A stretch of DNA of 64,000 nt, taken from positions 53,568,001-53,632,000 of the forward strand of contig OZ024742.1 of NCBI GenBank assembly GCA_964016885.1, read 5' to 3'. The position numbers were made by a program, and so were the translations under genes. This document shows positions 13,457-27,778 of this stretch, one piece after another. Position 1 is the stretch's first letter, and each line of letters opens with the position of its first letter. This DNA is from Eledone cirrhosa. Taxonomy: Eukaryota. A model generated the notes under the pieces. That model did not search any database, was not told where the DNA came from, and saw only the letters and a list, made by a program, of their open reading frames with translations.

Positions 13457-14366
13457 CTTTGAGTCTCAGTCATTGATGTTAGTTAACTGGAAAGTTTGTT
13501 GAAATGGATATCAAGCCACTACCTGCAGCCTCAGATATTCAGGACGTATCGGAGGATTCTCGCTGTTCCCAGCAAGCTTGCCTTTTGAAGCGTTCCAAAA
13601 AGCGTGGCGGGGCCAATTTTCTTTAACCATCCCTGAAACTTTTTGAGATAGTGCGCCTATGACAATCGGGACCACTTTGACTTCATGGCAGTTCCAAATC
13701 CTTTTTACCTCCCACTTTAAGTCCTGGTATCGGTTAATTTTCTCCCTCTCCTTCTCTTGCACTATCGTGTCGAATGGGCAGGCCACATCCACAATCAGGC
13801 ACGATCTTTTTTCCTTGTCCAAAACCACCAGGTAAGGTCTATTGTGTTCCAGTTTCTTGTCCGTCTGTATCCTAAAATCCCACAGCACATTCACCTGATC
13901 GTTTTCTATCACCGACTCTGGCTTATGCTCATACCACTTCTCAGAATGTGGTAAATTGTTTACTTTGCATAGGTGCCAGTGGATCACCCTGCCTTTATAG
14001 TGAGTCTGGGCTAGGTGTTTACACTCGGATACAATGTGAGCTACAGTCTCCTCTCTCTTCCCACAGATCCTGCACAGTGGGCTAGCCTCCTCCTTGTAAA
14101 TATGGTGTTTCAACCACTTCGTTTTGATGGCCTGCTCTTGCGTAGCCATTAGCATTCCTTCTGTAGCCTTTTTAAGGTCTCCTCTTTTCAACCAGTTCCA
14201 TGTCTGTGGATCTCTGAATTCAGTTTTCTCAAAGAAGGTACTATAAAGAGATTTTTCATGAAGGCTGCTCTTTCTCCTTGTTGTTATTTCCTCCTTGGAC
14301 ATCCCCTGGTCTATTGTCCTCTCCTTCAGTACAATTCTGAGCATTGGCTCCTTACTATCAGTCACG

Positions 14367-14370
<4 letters not shown>
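13457..14370 (-). mobile_element. R4/Dong-clade RLE LINE, 5'-truncated copy
   Basis: ORF 13511-14365: CRICG..ETVAHIVSEC zinc knuckle and restriction-like endonuclease (HNRP(Y)LV..IVDVACP; catalytic D mutated); flanked by (TAA)n. Confidence 0.9.
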
Positions 14371-14452
<82 letters not shown>

Positions 14453-14461
14453 GTTGTTATT
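14369..14461. repeat. (TTA)n microsatellite / 3' tail of the long Dong-like copy
   Basis: Direct reading. Confidence 0.95.
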
Positions 14462-14535
14462 CCTTGAATCTCAGTCATTGATGTTGGTTAACTGGAAAGT
14501 CCGTTGGAATGAATATCAAGCCACTACCTGCAGCC

Positions 14536-17500
14536 TCAGATATTCAGGACGTATCGGAGGGTTCTTGCTGTTCCAAGCAAGCATGCCTTTTGAAGCGTTC
14601 CAAAAAGCGTGACGGGGCCGATTTTCTTTAACCATCCCTGGAAACTTTTGGAGATAGTCCCCAGTGCGCCTATGACAATCGGGATCACTTTGACTTCATG
14701 GCAGTTCCAAATCCTTTTCACCTCCCACTTTAGGTCCTGCTATCGGTTAATTTTCTTCCTCTCCTTCTCTTGCACTCTCGTGTCGAAAGGGCAGGCCACA
14801 TCCACAATCAGACACGATCTTTTTTCTTTGTCCACAACCACCAGGTCAGGTCTATTGTGTTCCAGTTTTTTGTCCGTCTGTATCCTAAAATCCCACAGCA
14901 CCTTCACCCGATTGTTCTCCATCACCGCCTCTGGCCTATGCTCATACCATTTCTCAGAGTGTGGTAAATTGTTTACTTTGCACAGGTGCCAGTGGATCAG
15001 CCTGCCCATCACATCGTGTCTCCAGCCCTTATAGTGGGTCTGGGCTAGGTGTTTACACTCGGACACAATGTGAGCCACAGTCTCCTCTCTCTCTCCACAG
15101 ATCCTGCACAGTGGGCTAGCCTCCTCCTTGTAAATATGGTGCTTCAACCACTTCGTTTTGAGGGCCTGCTCCTGCGCAGCCATTAGCATTCCTTCTGTAG
15201 CCTTTTTGAGGTCTCCTCTTCTCAACCAGTTCCATGTCTGTGGATCTCTAAATTCAGTTTTCTCAAAGAAGGTACTATGAAGGGATTTTCCCTTAAGGCT
15301 GCTCTTCCTCCTTGATGTTATTTCCTCCTTGGACATCCCCTGGCCTACTGTCCCCTCCTTCAGTACAGTTCTGAGCATTGGCTCCTTACTATAGGTCACG
15401 TATTTGTATAGGTTGTTTTTCTCCATCTGAACACAGTCCTCTATGCTGATAAGACCTCTTCCACCCTCAGATCTCCTTAGGTAGAGTCTATCGACACCAC
15501 TCCTCTTGTGGAACATGTTGTAGATAGTCAATAGCTTCCTAGTCTTCCTATCCATTTCTTTTTGTTCAGCAACATTCCATCTCAGAATTCCCGCACTGTA
15601 CCTAATAATAGACACAGCTCGGGAATTTACTGCGCTTATGGCATTTCTGCTGTTCAGATGTGACTTCAATACGCTCCTTATTCTCCGAATGTATTCAGTT
15701 CTTAACAATTCCTTCATTTTTTTGTTCTTTATGCCATCAGCCTCCAGAACGCCCAAATACTTGTATCCTTCCTCAGAGTCAATTTCCTTTATCATCTCAC
15801 CTGTTGGTATCTGGATCCCGTTACTTCTGCTCAACCTACCCCTCTTCATCACAATGACTCCACATTTACTAATACCAAACTGCATACATATATCACTGCT
15901 GAAAATACGGACAATGTCAACAAGCACATCCAAATCCTTCTCACTTTTCTCGAAGAGCTTAAGATCGTCCATGAAGAGGAGGTGATTGATGGTAAGCTCT
16001 CCCTTTCCCAACTTGTATCCTGCTCTCACTTTTCGCAGCATAATGGTCAAGGGCATCAGGGCAAGGACAAACAACAGAGGGGACAGACTATCTCCCTGGA
16101 AGATACCTCTCTTGATCTTCACGCTTCCCAAGGATACTCTAGTTGATGTCAACTCTGTCTCCCAGGACCCCATACTCCTGCCCAGCAACTGTCTGATGTT
16201 ATCTGCCACCCTGAAGATCTCCAGGCTTTTGGTGATCCAAGAATGAGGCACCATGTCAAATGCCTTTCTGTAGTCTATCCATCCCATGGCAAGATCAGTG
16301 TGTCTCCTCCTGCAATTCCCCATTACCATCTTATCAATAAGTAACTGGTCCTTTGTACCACGGGACTTCTTTCGGCATCCTTTCTGTTCGTCCGGTAACA
16401 AGTTGTTTGTGTGGAGGTGATGGTAGATTTCCTCAGACACAATGCTCGTCAACAGTTTCCACATTACGGACAGACATGTGATAGGTCTATAGTTGGTAAC
16501 ATCATTACCCTTGATTCGGTCTTTCATTATCAGAACCGTGGTACCTTTTGTCAACCACTCTGGCACCTCACCCGACACCAAGCAGTCATTGAACATGGCC
16601 GTCAGCTTCGGGTGGAGGGATGTTACATTTTTAATCCAAAACCCCTGCACACCATCTGGGCATGGTGACTTCCAGTTGGTTAGTTTTTTGGCCTGCCCCT
16701 TAAGAGTTTCAACTGTGATACTCAATTCAGTTTGTTGGTGTGCCTGCTCACCGATCTCCCTCTGTACTGTCTCAATCCACCCTGCCTGGACATTATGTCT
16801 AACATCCTGCTCCCATATTCCTCTCCAGAATGTTTTAGTTTGCTCCGCCCCAGGGATCAAGTCGTTGCCTCTTTCTTTCCCCTCAAGCTGTCCAAACAGC
16901 ATCTTCTGGTTGTTGTCGAACATGCGGTTCTGTTTATACTGACTGACTCTGTTCTCGTATCGCCTGATTTTTGCACTCTTTGCTACAATGCGTTGCTTCA
17001 GTTCCTCTATGATAATATTTAGCTTTTTCCTCCTAGTTTTGTACTTTATTTCCAGTCTATTTTTAGTGCCTATGTTTTTTAGTGTCCCATTCAGTAGTGA
17101 CTCAAGCTTTCCTATGTCATTTCTCATTTCCCCGATTTGACCACTCAGTCGTTTCTTCCACCACGGCTCTGCTCTTTCTTGTCTGTTGTTTCCTCTCGCT
17201 TTTATACCAAGTAGTTTCCTCACCGTATTTGCTGTTGCTTTGAGGATATTGTTGCACTGGTGAAGGCTCCTCGCCTCAAGGTATGGGATGACTTTGTTTA
17301 CCTTAGCTGTTGTTTCTTTTAACTTTTTCCTGTCTACAAATCTTAGGTTCATAGGTCTCCCACTATCATTGTTCAATTCATCTACCACTAAATTTAGGAT
17401 GTCAACCGAATCTTGTCCTAGCCCGTCAGCATTCATCTCCTCAGTGGCCGTATCTCTGTTCCAGGTATTATTTATCTCAGTATTCAGATCATTGTCTGCT

Positions 17501-17928
17501 TCGGGTGGTTCCTCCGTTCTCAGGACCTCCTCACCTTCATTTCCCACTGGCTCGCTTGTCTGGCATACTACACCCGCCATCTCCAAGCCATTCTCTCTGC
17601 TCAGTTCCTCCAGTTCCAGCTCGCTTATCCACCCATTAGTTCTTATTACCCGAGCCTGCCCGGCCAATTTTTGTTCATCTAATTTAAATAAACCAATCTC
17701 GTTCCAGATGTTATGCATCCGTCTCCTGTAGCCCCTCTCCTTGGGGTTACTTTTCAGGTAGCATTGCATAACAGTTCTATTCAATTCTTTCGTCCAGTTG
17801 GTTCTGGCCCCTTTCCTTCTTCTTCTTCCTCCAACATCAGCAGTATTTGGTTGACAGTCAGGTTCCTGCTGCTGAGCCAGGGGGCACCTGTTGGGTGAGA
17901 GTCTGTCACATGACGTTCTAGTCTCCAT
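14536..17928 (-). pseudogene. Near-complete single ORF of R4/Dong-type LINE (N-terminal domain, RT, CCHC, RLE) with one nonsense codon at 14740-14742
   Basis: 1062-aa ORF: RTNWTKELN..CYLKS..GYRRRMHNIW; YRPITCL, DYRKAFD, GIFQGDSLSP, LFMDD; WRHD..HNRPD..DVACP. The sister copy reads TAC where this copy has TAG; the frame continues to ..LRYVLNI*. Confidence 0.93.
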
Positions 17929-18059
17929 TTCACCGTTATTCGAACTGTTTATGTTCGATATTTAAACACTCTTATCGAGGATTGGCGAATGTATGGTTAC
18001 ATAGCCATCTGTGGATTCGCCGTTCCACTTGGCCCTTGTGTGGCATTATCACCACGCTG

Positions 18060-18988
18060 TATACGAACACACATAAACAAACAAACACACAGACAGAAAG
18101 TGCCCCAAAAATGAATAAGCATAAGTTTCATTGTAATGTAGTGTTCGAATGTCTGACTTAGTTTTTGTTTTTTTAGTTTTAGTTTTTCCCCCCTCTTCTC
18201 TGTCCGTCCGCCTGCTTCTCTCTTCATTCTTTTTTTCTTTACGTTTTTTGTTTTTGTTTTTCTCTGTTTGTTTTTCTCGTTTTTTGCTGTTGTTGCTGTG
18301 CTGCTTTGGTTTTGTTGTTTGTTTTTTCTTTTTTCTTTTGAGTCTATCTATATATTTATTTTGATGCCTTCCTCTTTTTTAGTAGTAGGAATTCTATAAT
18401 GTGGTGGCAGCAGCCATCTGGGAGAATTGGAGACTGGCGGCGGTAGCGATACTGAGACAGTGGTGGTGGTGATGTCGATACCGAGGCAGTGGTGGTGGCG
18501 ATGTGATCGTATTACTGTGGTGATGGTGTTGTAGCGGTGGTAGCAGTGAAGGAGTGAAGGAGTGGTGATGGGATAGTGGTGGCAATGATGGCAGTAGTGA
18601 GCGGTGGTGGTGAAATTGCCGTTATCTGGCTGTTGTGTTTAGTGTACACAGGTGATGAGGTGGGTGGTGTATCTAGTTTCTGGTGTTGGTGAGTTTGGCT
18701 GTTCTATATAGTGTAGACAGAGGAGAGGAGGGGGGGGGGGGGTTCTTCTTCCATTTATAGCCATTTTCTTTTTTGGATATACAGTGTACAATACAAAGTT
18801 GAATATTTGAATATTTGAGCCTTATAACAATATATTTTGGGTCCGAATTTTTTGGGGCTCAAGCCGAGTGCTTTACGTAGCATTTGTACTAAGAGTTGTT
18901 ATTTCACAAATGATTTAAATATGTTAAAAATTCAAAACTTACGGGAGCGATTTCATGACCTCCGCCACCTCGTGCGTCTTCTTCCCTT

Positions 18989-18990
<2 letters not shown>
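18060..18990 (-). mobile_element. Probable 5' UTR + low-complexity ORF1 head of another LINE, oriented away from copy E
   Basis: Minus strand shares GG(C)CTTGAGCCC(C)AAAA with the 5' UTR of copy E (~19198); A-rich ATG context (AAAGAAAATGGCT) followed by Thr/Pro/His-rich sequence like the heads of D and E. Confidence 0.4.
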
Positions 18991-19045
<55 letters not shown>

Positions 19046-22000
19046 GGCGACCTACGTAGTAAATCGTATCATCGTGAGTTCCGCAAAGGTTTGTTATTTT
19101 CAGTTATTTAAAATTGCCATTTATGGAAAATGTTTATTGTTAACTGTATATAAGTGCACATACATTGATTTCTGAAAAGGACACTAAAAAATATTGGGGC
19201 CTTGAGCCCAAAATTTAAACTTTTTATAATTATCAAACAAAACTTTTTCTTTGAAAAATAATGGATGACTCAGATTCACTCCTTCCTCACAATCCAACAC
19301 CTCACACCGTCACCACCATTGTAAACATTGCTACGTTTGCCAACACTGGAATTGTAAGCAGTAGCAATATTTTAAATTTGTCTCAGGCAGACGTTCATAT
19401 CCCGCCATTACCAATGACTGCAGGTGTTAAAGCCGCCACCACCACCACCACCACCGCGACAACCCCCACCCCCACCACCACCACAGCGACAATAGAAACA
19501 AAAAAAAAAAAATTAACTCGCGATATCGAAATGAATTCAACCAAAATGAACTCTTCCACACCGAACACCACTGACGCCACCACCACCACAACTGAAACTA
19601 AAATTAACAATAGCAAAAATAACGATCACAACAACAGCAACAATGAAATTAAGAAAACTGCCCTGAGTTTTGCCAGAGTAGCAAAAACGTGCGAAGCGAT
19701 CCAGGTAACTCAGGAGGAATTAGAAGAAGCCAAAGGAATGGTAAAGAAAGATGGGTACAGGGTCAGCCTCACCCCCCACCTATTAAAATGGAGCAACGTC
19801 GCCTATGCACCGTGTCTTATCGGACAATTAACATAAAATCGCGCCGAGTGGAACGAGCATCCGAGTCCCAAATCCAAAAAGCTTTAGGACATGTGTGGGC
19901 AAAAAAACTCCACATCAGACGTGGGCAGAAGTATGGAACCGTGGACGTGTTCTTTGAAACACCACAGGAGGCTAGAGAACACTCCATGGCCCCATTAAGA
20001 AGTGACGACTTCACACTCATCCCAAGCTATTGTGGCGAGAGACTTGTGAAGATCAGGGTGACCCACGTTCCACCGGCCATCGAAATTCCCTGGCTAATGG
20101 CTGCCGTCCTCGCCGGCATCGAGGCCAACACCCAAATAATAGAAATAGCAAAAGAAAAGCAGGAGAACTGGTCCGGATCTGGGATGGAGCTCCTGATCCA
20201 AGCGGACCATAAAAGCATTGAGGAGATCCCAGAGGTAATAGACCTCACTGACGGCAGCCACCTCACCGTAATCGTCGAGGGCAGAAGACCTAGGTGTGTC
20301 GTTTGTAGTGAAGGAACCCACCTAAGGGCTTTCTGCCCTCAGGCTAAAAGGTTGAGGCCACCTCTCTTACCCACCCCAGTGACTCAACCATCAACACCAC
20401 CAGCAGCAGAAATAGCAGCAACAACTGTAGCAGCAACAACAGAAGCAACTGTAACAGCAACAACCCCAGCAACAGTAGCAAAACCAACACCACCACCACC
20501 CAACGCCCCAGAACTAGCACCAGCGCCTACACCATCCACCACGCCACAACCAAAACCAACGCCTGTCGAGGATTTTCCACTCCCCGGCTTATCGCAACTG
20601 GAGACAGATTGTGACGACGAGGAATGGGAAACGGTATCAGGAAAAAAGAAAAAAAAAAAAAGAAATCAAAAAGAAAATTCTCTTCCTTCCCCTTCAAAAA
20701 ACAAAATACAGAGGGAATCAAATAAATTATCGAATAAGAAAGTTAAGACAGATATGCCACCATCCACACCAGCATCACCAACCACATCACCACAAACACC
20801 AACACCATCACCATCATTAACCCCAACACCACCATCACCAACACCACAAAAGTCACCAAAAAGCGTAACAGAAACAAACCCACAACAAACGCAAACAAAA
20901 CAAAACAACCAAAACGATACACACTACACAGCATTAAATTTGAACAACAACCAATTATTACACTACATGCAACACAACACCAGCATCACAGAAAAAGACT
21001 ACACAACAACCCAAAAGTTCACACCACCTCCACACATACAAATCACTCGCATCACACAGAAAACGTACACGACACTAAAACAAAAATTCCCCAAAGACAT
21101 CGGCGACTTCCGACAAACACTCTCCAGGAGGATTTATAAGGGCATCCTTCCGGAGGAGGCCACAAGCAGTGAGAAGGATGGACACACCATCCTTCCTCTA
21201 CGAGAAGTAAGGTAAGTGGTCTTTCCCATTTTTCCACTCCATTTCAACATGGCCTCATTCAGAATAGGCAGCATAAATGCGCCTGGCTTGGGGTCGTCAT
21301 GGAAGCAGGGCCACCTGCTCAACGACCTCAGGTCACTAAACATAGATGTAGTGGCCATCAGCGAGACCAGAATCTCCGAAGCACTGGCCTTCGCACCGAT
21401 CTTCGGCGGCTACGATGTGTACGAATCTCCCAGCCGTCCGGGATCGGGGGAGGAGTTGCTGTGCTTTTTCGGAGAGGTTTGGATCTCACCATACGGGCCA
21501 TCTTCCTGGACTAGAGGGTAAGTTGGTGGTGCTGGACGTGACCAGAGGAGACAGGCAAGTTTTCAGGCTAGTGGCCGTCTATGCCCCGACAGGAGCAGGA
21601 CGGCCTGATTTTTTCCGGCGTCTGGAGAGATTTTTGGAACGTCGCTCTTTAGTGTTAGTGGGCGACTGGAACGGGATCTTAGATGCACGCTGGGACTGTG
21701 TAGGATTATCGGATAGGGGAGGAGGGTGCAAGAGCCTCACCAACCTGCTCAGGCGTTTTGAACTGTCTGACAGGTACCGATTGGATTTCCCGAATGTGCC
21801 AATGTGGACTTGGACAAATCGCATAAGGTCATCCAGATCATATCTAGATAGAGTATTTTGTAGGGAAATAGATAGGTCTAGCATAGGCTGTTCACAATTC
21901 AAGATAGTCAGCTACACGGACCACAAATTCGTGATATGTGTGCTGGACTAGATAGGCTTCATAGACGAGGACCCGGCTACTGGAAGCTAAACGCGTCCTT

Positions 22001-24737
22001 ACCAGCGCGCAAGGCCTACAGAGACCGGATTAGCGAACTAGTTAAGCGGGCGTTGACGGGGGCCATCGTCAACAACAAGTGGTGGTTTGCTCTGAAAAGA
22101 GCGATTAGAATAGAGTCCATTAGGTTTAGTAAGGCTTTAGCAATAGAGAAAAATAGAGCAGAGGGAGAACTAGTTAGAAAATTAGACCAGGCGCTTAGCA
22201 AAGGCATCGCGACCGACGTGCTTGCGGCGAAATTGGCCCTTGACCAATTCTTCAATGCAAAGCACGAAGGCTGCGTTGTCAGAGCTAGGGTGCGTGCTCT
22301 CAGACACGAGGGGACGAAAGCCGTTCAATGGGCCCGAGTGGCGGAGGCGCGTCGTGGCAACAAAGCCACGATCCGGTCTTTGGTGGACCACGACGGGCGC
22401 ATGCTACTCGATCCCGGGTAAATGTTCAGCTGTTCGGGGGCAGCGGTGGGACGGTTCGAGGGATGGACTTTAGTGTCTACCTCGACGGACTGCCGCGGCT
22501 CTCGGCCACTGAGGCTGAGTGTTGCGAAAAGCCGATAACAGCCGTAGAAATACGGGAGGCAATGACTGGCTGCACAAGAGGTAAATCGCCTGGTTTGGAT
22601 GGTCTGCCCTATGAACTTTACGTACAGATGCCAGACTTGTTCGGAGGCCTCTTGGCGGACGTCTACTGCAACTCGCAACAGAACGGGAGAATTTCCAGCT
22701 ATGTGAGCCGAGGAGTGGTGGCACTGCTGAGAAAGGATTCGAACAGGGGGGATAACATAGATCATTTCAGGCCCATAACTCTGCTAAACACAGAGTTCAA
22801 GATTTTGGCCAAGGTGCTAGCAAAGAGGTTAGCGCTTGCCGTTGGTGATCTGGTGGGAGAGGCGCAGACATGCGCCATTCCCGACAGATCCATCCACGAC
22901 AACCTCCACCTCATGCGATACATCGTAGAGAGGGTAGCTAGGGAACCTGGCATGGGTCGGTCTTTGATCAGTCGAAAGCTTTCGATAGGGTCGACCATCG
23001 TTACCTAGCGGCAGTCCTCAGGGCGGCTGGCTTTGGGCCCGTCTTCGGAACCGTTCAACATCCTGCGCTCGTCCGCCAAGGATGTCCCCTCTCGTCCCTC
23101 TTGTACGTATTGACTCTCGAGCCATTACTCCACAAACTGGAGACGTTGAGGGGCGTCCCGCGCGAACTAGGATGCGGTAGATCCGTGTCAGCATATGCGG
23201 ACGATGTCACCGTAGTGGTGTCGAACTCCAAACACATCGAGGCGTCGGCACTACACTAAGAGAATACAAAGCGGTGACAGGAGCAATGATCAACCAGGAA
23301 AAGTCAGTGGGCCTGCAACTCGGCACCTAGAGAGGCATGTCCATGCCGTCCAACAGCGTCGTCGGACGCTGAACGGACGGACCGGTTAAATTGCTAGGGG
23401 TCTGGTTCGGTCCGGACCTCCAGACAGACAAAAACTGGGACGAGGTGACGAGCAGGGTGGCTTCTCTCACCCAGAAATGGGCGGAGAGGAAGCTATCCCT
23501 GAAAGGTCGAGCGGAGGTGGCTAACGCGTACATCGCGTCTGTCATCTGCTACCGCCTGACCGTCGTACCTTGTCCTAAGCCCCGCCTGACTGCGCTGGAG
23601 CGTTTGCTCTTTCGCTTTTTGTGGAAGGGACGTGCTCCGATGGTCAGCCGTTCCATCTGTTGTCAACACCCGCTACGTGGAGGGGTGGGCATGCCATGGC
23701 TGATGATGCGCAGACACGCGCTCAGGCTACGACATCTCCACCTCTTCCTCGACGGTGATCAGGTGTGGTCGCCGTTTGCTAGACACGTATTTCCCCAGCT
23801 CGTTTCCTTGACGGAGCTGCAGTCCTGGGTCAATGTGATCGGTGGAAACTCCACCTCGGCGTTCTATAGAGGATTAGTGGAGGGGAAGAGCGACGACGTA
23901 CTTGGGGAAACTCTAGGCGTCGACGAAAATCAACTAGCCAATCTCTTCGGAAGAATTTCGGGCCGGGGCCTATGGACAACTTCCAGAAATCTCTGGCCTG
24001 GCAGTGCTACCGAGGAGCCTTGCCAGTTCGAGATAAACTCTACAGGCATGGAGGTGACGTCAGCCGGGCATGTCCGAGATGCGCGCAGGGCGACGAAACC
24101 GTCCTGCACGCACTCGTCCAGTGTACGAAAATTGCTGACTTGTGGGTTTATGTCGAACACCTGCTGTCGCGTGTAGGACGGTTCCAGCTATCATCTGAGT
24201 CCATCGTGAGGATTGCCCCGCCCTCTTCCTTTAGCCGGGAAGGGCAGGCAGTTTTTATCTGCCTGGTGGCCATGGCGAAAGAGATTGTATGGTGGACACG
24301 TTTGAAAGGGCTGAAGACGAGCACTTACCACTTCGGTGATGCCGTGATTGTCTTTTTCAAATTTCATTTGAAAAGGAAAATCAGGGTAGAAAGGGAAGTG
24401 CTCTCTTCCCAGCATTTTGTTGAAAGATGGGTGAGAGAGGCAAGAATGGCCCGAGTGAAAGGGCATACTCTGAGTATGTGTCTGTAAATTAAAGGTGGAA
24501 AACTGGGAGAGGGCACTTGCCCTGGTGGTCAGGGTCACTGTGACTTTTTAATGGGCTTTCTCCACGAATGTCTCTCGGAAGTCTCCCCCCTATTGGGGAA
24601 TTTTTTCATTGTTCTATTATTACATCCTCTGTTTCTTGTTTTTTTACACGCAGAAATGCCCATTTGTACCGTCCTGTATTGTCCTGTACTGTCCTTAATG
24701 TCTACTTTATGTAAACCCTTGTGGTTAATAAAGAAAA
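19046..24737 (+). mobile_element. Tx1-like LINE copy E, essentially full length but frameshifted; (TTA)n on both sides
   Basis: ORF1 19261-21215 (one frameshift; RRPRCVVCSEGTHLRAFC knuckle); ORF2 ATG 21249 APE-RT(AYADD)-CPRC..HALVQC, stop 24487; AATAAA ~24727; (TTA)n at 18992-19045 and 24738-24790. Confidence 0.93.
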
Positions 24738-25325
<588 letters not shown>

Positions 25326-26202
25326 ACGCACCCCCACACTTATATATACTTATATACATATATATATATATTAAATGCCTCCTTGAGTTCTAACACAATT
25401 TTTGTTCTTTTAAATAGTAATTTCTCCAAATTACTCAAACGTACAATTTTACATGTCATTCATATATTTGAGCTGACATTTATATATTTATTTACTCAAA
25501 ATAACCTATTAACATATCTTTCTCACCCTGAAGCACCTCTACGTGTCAGTAAGCAGCATCAAATATAGTGTTTCTATTATTCTAATAGAAATTTCCCAGT
25601 TTACATGATCGTTTATATACCCATTGACGGTAGTGTATTTGTTATACCAATCCTGGAATCCAAAAGTTAAATAACTAAAGTTAAATAAATAGTGTTATTG
25701 ACGCTATAATTAACAACACGAGTCCACTGGTTTATACGATGTAATACAATTTACCCTTTAATAACAAGTGCTATAAAAAGTAATATATTTTATATTAGTG
25801 TGTTCGCATACAGTGAGATGTATGCGATAGAATTGCAACACATGCAAAGCAAAAATCAATAATTTATTTTATTGATGTATAAAATCAAATAGCATTTGGA
25901 TAGTTATAATCGATTAGTTTGACTTAAGTATGTTTTTGGTAAGTATTTTAAGGATGTCAATTAAACGAATATCAAAGTTGAATGATTAAACGATGATGGC
26001 GAAAAGTTCAATTTTGTGTGGTAACATAAAACTTGGTATCTAATGAACAAAAAATACAGAAATATATTTAGAACATACACAAACACACACACACACACAC
26101 ATACACACATGCACGCACGCACACACATGCGCGTACACACACACACACACACATATATATATATGTATGGGTGTGTGCGTGTGTGTGAAACAGATACAGA
26201 AC

Positions 26203-26303
26203 TTCAAGGCAGAAGGTTATGCCGTCTGGCCTTTTGCTGTCCCTCCCGACTGATCGAGCTGGGAAGGGAAGCCTGCAGCATACAAGCCATGCTTTATGAT
26301 CTC
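26203..26303 (-). pseudogene. Small remnant of a CRE-like RLE endonuclease
   Basis: EIIKHGLYAAGFPSQL / GRDSKRPDGIT across a frameshift resembles the CRE-clade motif IIKRAL..AG.PS.LEP....DGKRPDG.T. Confidence 0.6.
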
Positions 26304-26401
26304 GAAACTTAGCAAGGTACTTCATGGCAGAAAGGTAAAGTCGAATTAAATTTGTAAACAAAAAGTTATACCAAGAATTGTGTGATTATATATATATATA
26401 T

Positions 26402-27416
26402 ATGTAAGTATGTATACGTACATACATATATGTATACAGACGTACAGCAGTATGTATATACATATATACATACATACATGCACACACACATATATATATA
26501 TATGTACGTATGGGTTTACCGAACATTTATTATAATGTTCGGTTTATTTGTAAACAAACAGCCCGAATTAAGCCGTACAGTGTTCGGCAACCATCGTTGC
26601 CATTTTGTTCAACACTGACAAAGGAACGAGGAACTAGTTTCAAGCTTCTTAGCTGTCATCAGCATCGTATACCTTCCTGTCAGATGATTGAACGTTTGAA
26701 AGTATATACTTTCCTTATGCATATTAACGGCTGAGCAGCCTAATTTGCATATCGAGTGAGTTAGTCGGCTGGACGCACCGAAAACGATGAATAGAAAAAA
26801 ATGAAAGAATGAAATTTCATTTCTCACTCTTAGTACGGCTGATACTTAAATGTAAGTATGTATACGTATATACATATATGTATACAGACGTACAGCAGTA
26901 TGTATATACATACATACATGCACACACATATATGTACGTATGGGTTTACCGAACATTTATTATAATGTTCGGTTTGTTTGTAAACAAACAGCCCGAATTA
27001 AGCCGTACAGTGTTCGGCAACCATCGTTGACATTTTGTTCAACACAGACAAAGAACCGATGTACTAGTTTCGAGCTTCTTAGCTGTCATCAGCATCGTAT
27101 ACGTTCCTGTCAGATGATTGAACGTTTGAAAGTATATACTTTCCTTATGCATATTAACTGCTGAGCAGCCTAATTTGCATATCGCGTGAGTATCACCCGT
27201 ACTAAGAGTTCGGTAAACCCATACGTACATATATATATATGTGTGTGCATGTATGTATGTATATACATACTGCTGTACGTCTGTATACATATATGTATGT
27301 ACGTATACATACTTACATTTAAGTATCAGCCGTACTAAGAGGGAGAAATGAAATTTCATTTTTTCATTTTTTCCATTTATCGTTTTCGGTGCGCCCGGCC
27401 GACTAACTCACTCGAT
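26402..27416 (-). mobile_element. Non-coding hammerhead-bearing element (family 1): ~430-450-bp unit x ~1.8 plus inverted segment
   Basis: 26402-~26755 repeated at 26850-~27185; 27209-27416 is the reverse complement of ~26751-26953; each unit carries a hammerhead. Confidence 0.75.
27057..27097 (-). ncRNA. Minimal type I hammerhead ribozyme (second, more decayed copy at 26627-26667)
   Basis: CGATG-CTGATGA-cAGCT aaga AGCTc-GAAA-CTAG-TA-CATCG: perfect stem I, palindromic stem III ACTAGT, GUA cleavage triplet. Confidence 0.85.
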
Positions 27417-27489
27417 TATATATCACTTGTGTATATATTTATTTATTTATATATATTTCTCTTAAGTCAGTATTGTTTGTTTGGGTGTT

Positions 27490-27622
27490 GTTGTTATTCC
27501 ATTCATTTTTTCTTTTTAGTTTGGCCTTCTAAGTTCTATTTCATTTGCCTCTCTGATTTGCCTATCTGCTGGGTCATTTCTATGTTTAGATATTATTTTA
27601 ATTTCTATGTTGTCTATGTTAC
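27490..27622 (-). pseudogene. 3' end of a Neptune-like PLE GIY-YIG domain
   Basis: [37 protein letters not shown] parallels NIEIKIESTHRKDAMFRQITEAINIKELQPKLNRKHEW at 34.1 kb. Confidence 0.7.
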
Positions 27623-27778
27623 TCACCCACACCCGGATATGTCTCTGCAAACAGTAATTCTCTTCTCGAATGGGCCATGGTGCCCAAATCCTGAATTGAA
27701 AGACTTCGCCAGGTGGTGCTATTAAGTTAGACATGGCCTGGGCCAATACTGGCCAAAACATTTCAAAGTTATTCAAAG

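Noticed and set aside
17930-18070. HDV-like ribozyme in the Dong-like 5' UTR
   Set aside because: Only simple hairpins (GGCGAAT/ATTCGCC; TCGAAC/GTTCGA) were found; the nested pseudoknot could not be built by eye
26676-26716. Opposite-polarity second hammerhead in family 1 (CAGATGA..GAAAGTATATACTT)
   Set aside because: Core is CAGATGA and no stem I or stem II pairing is evident
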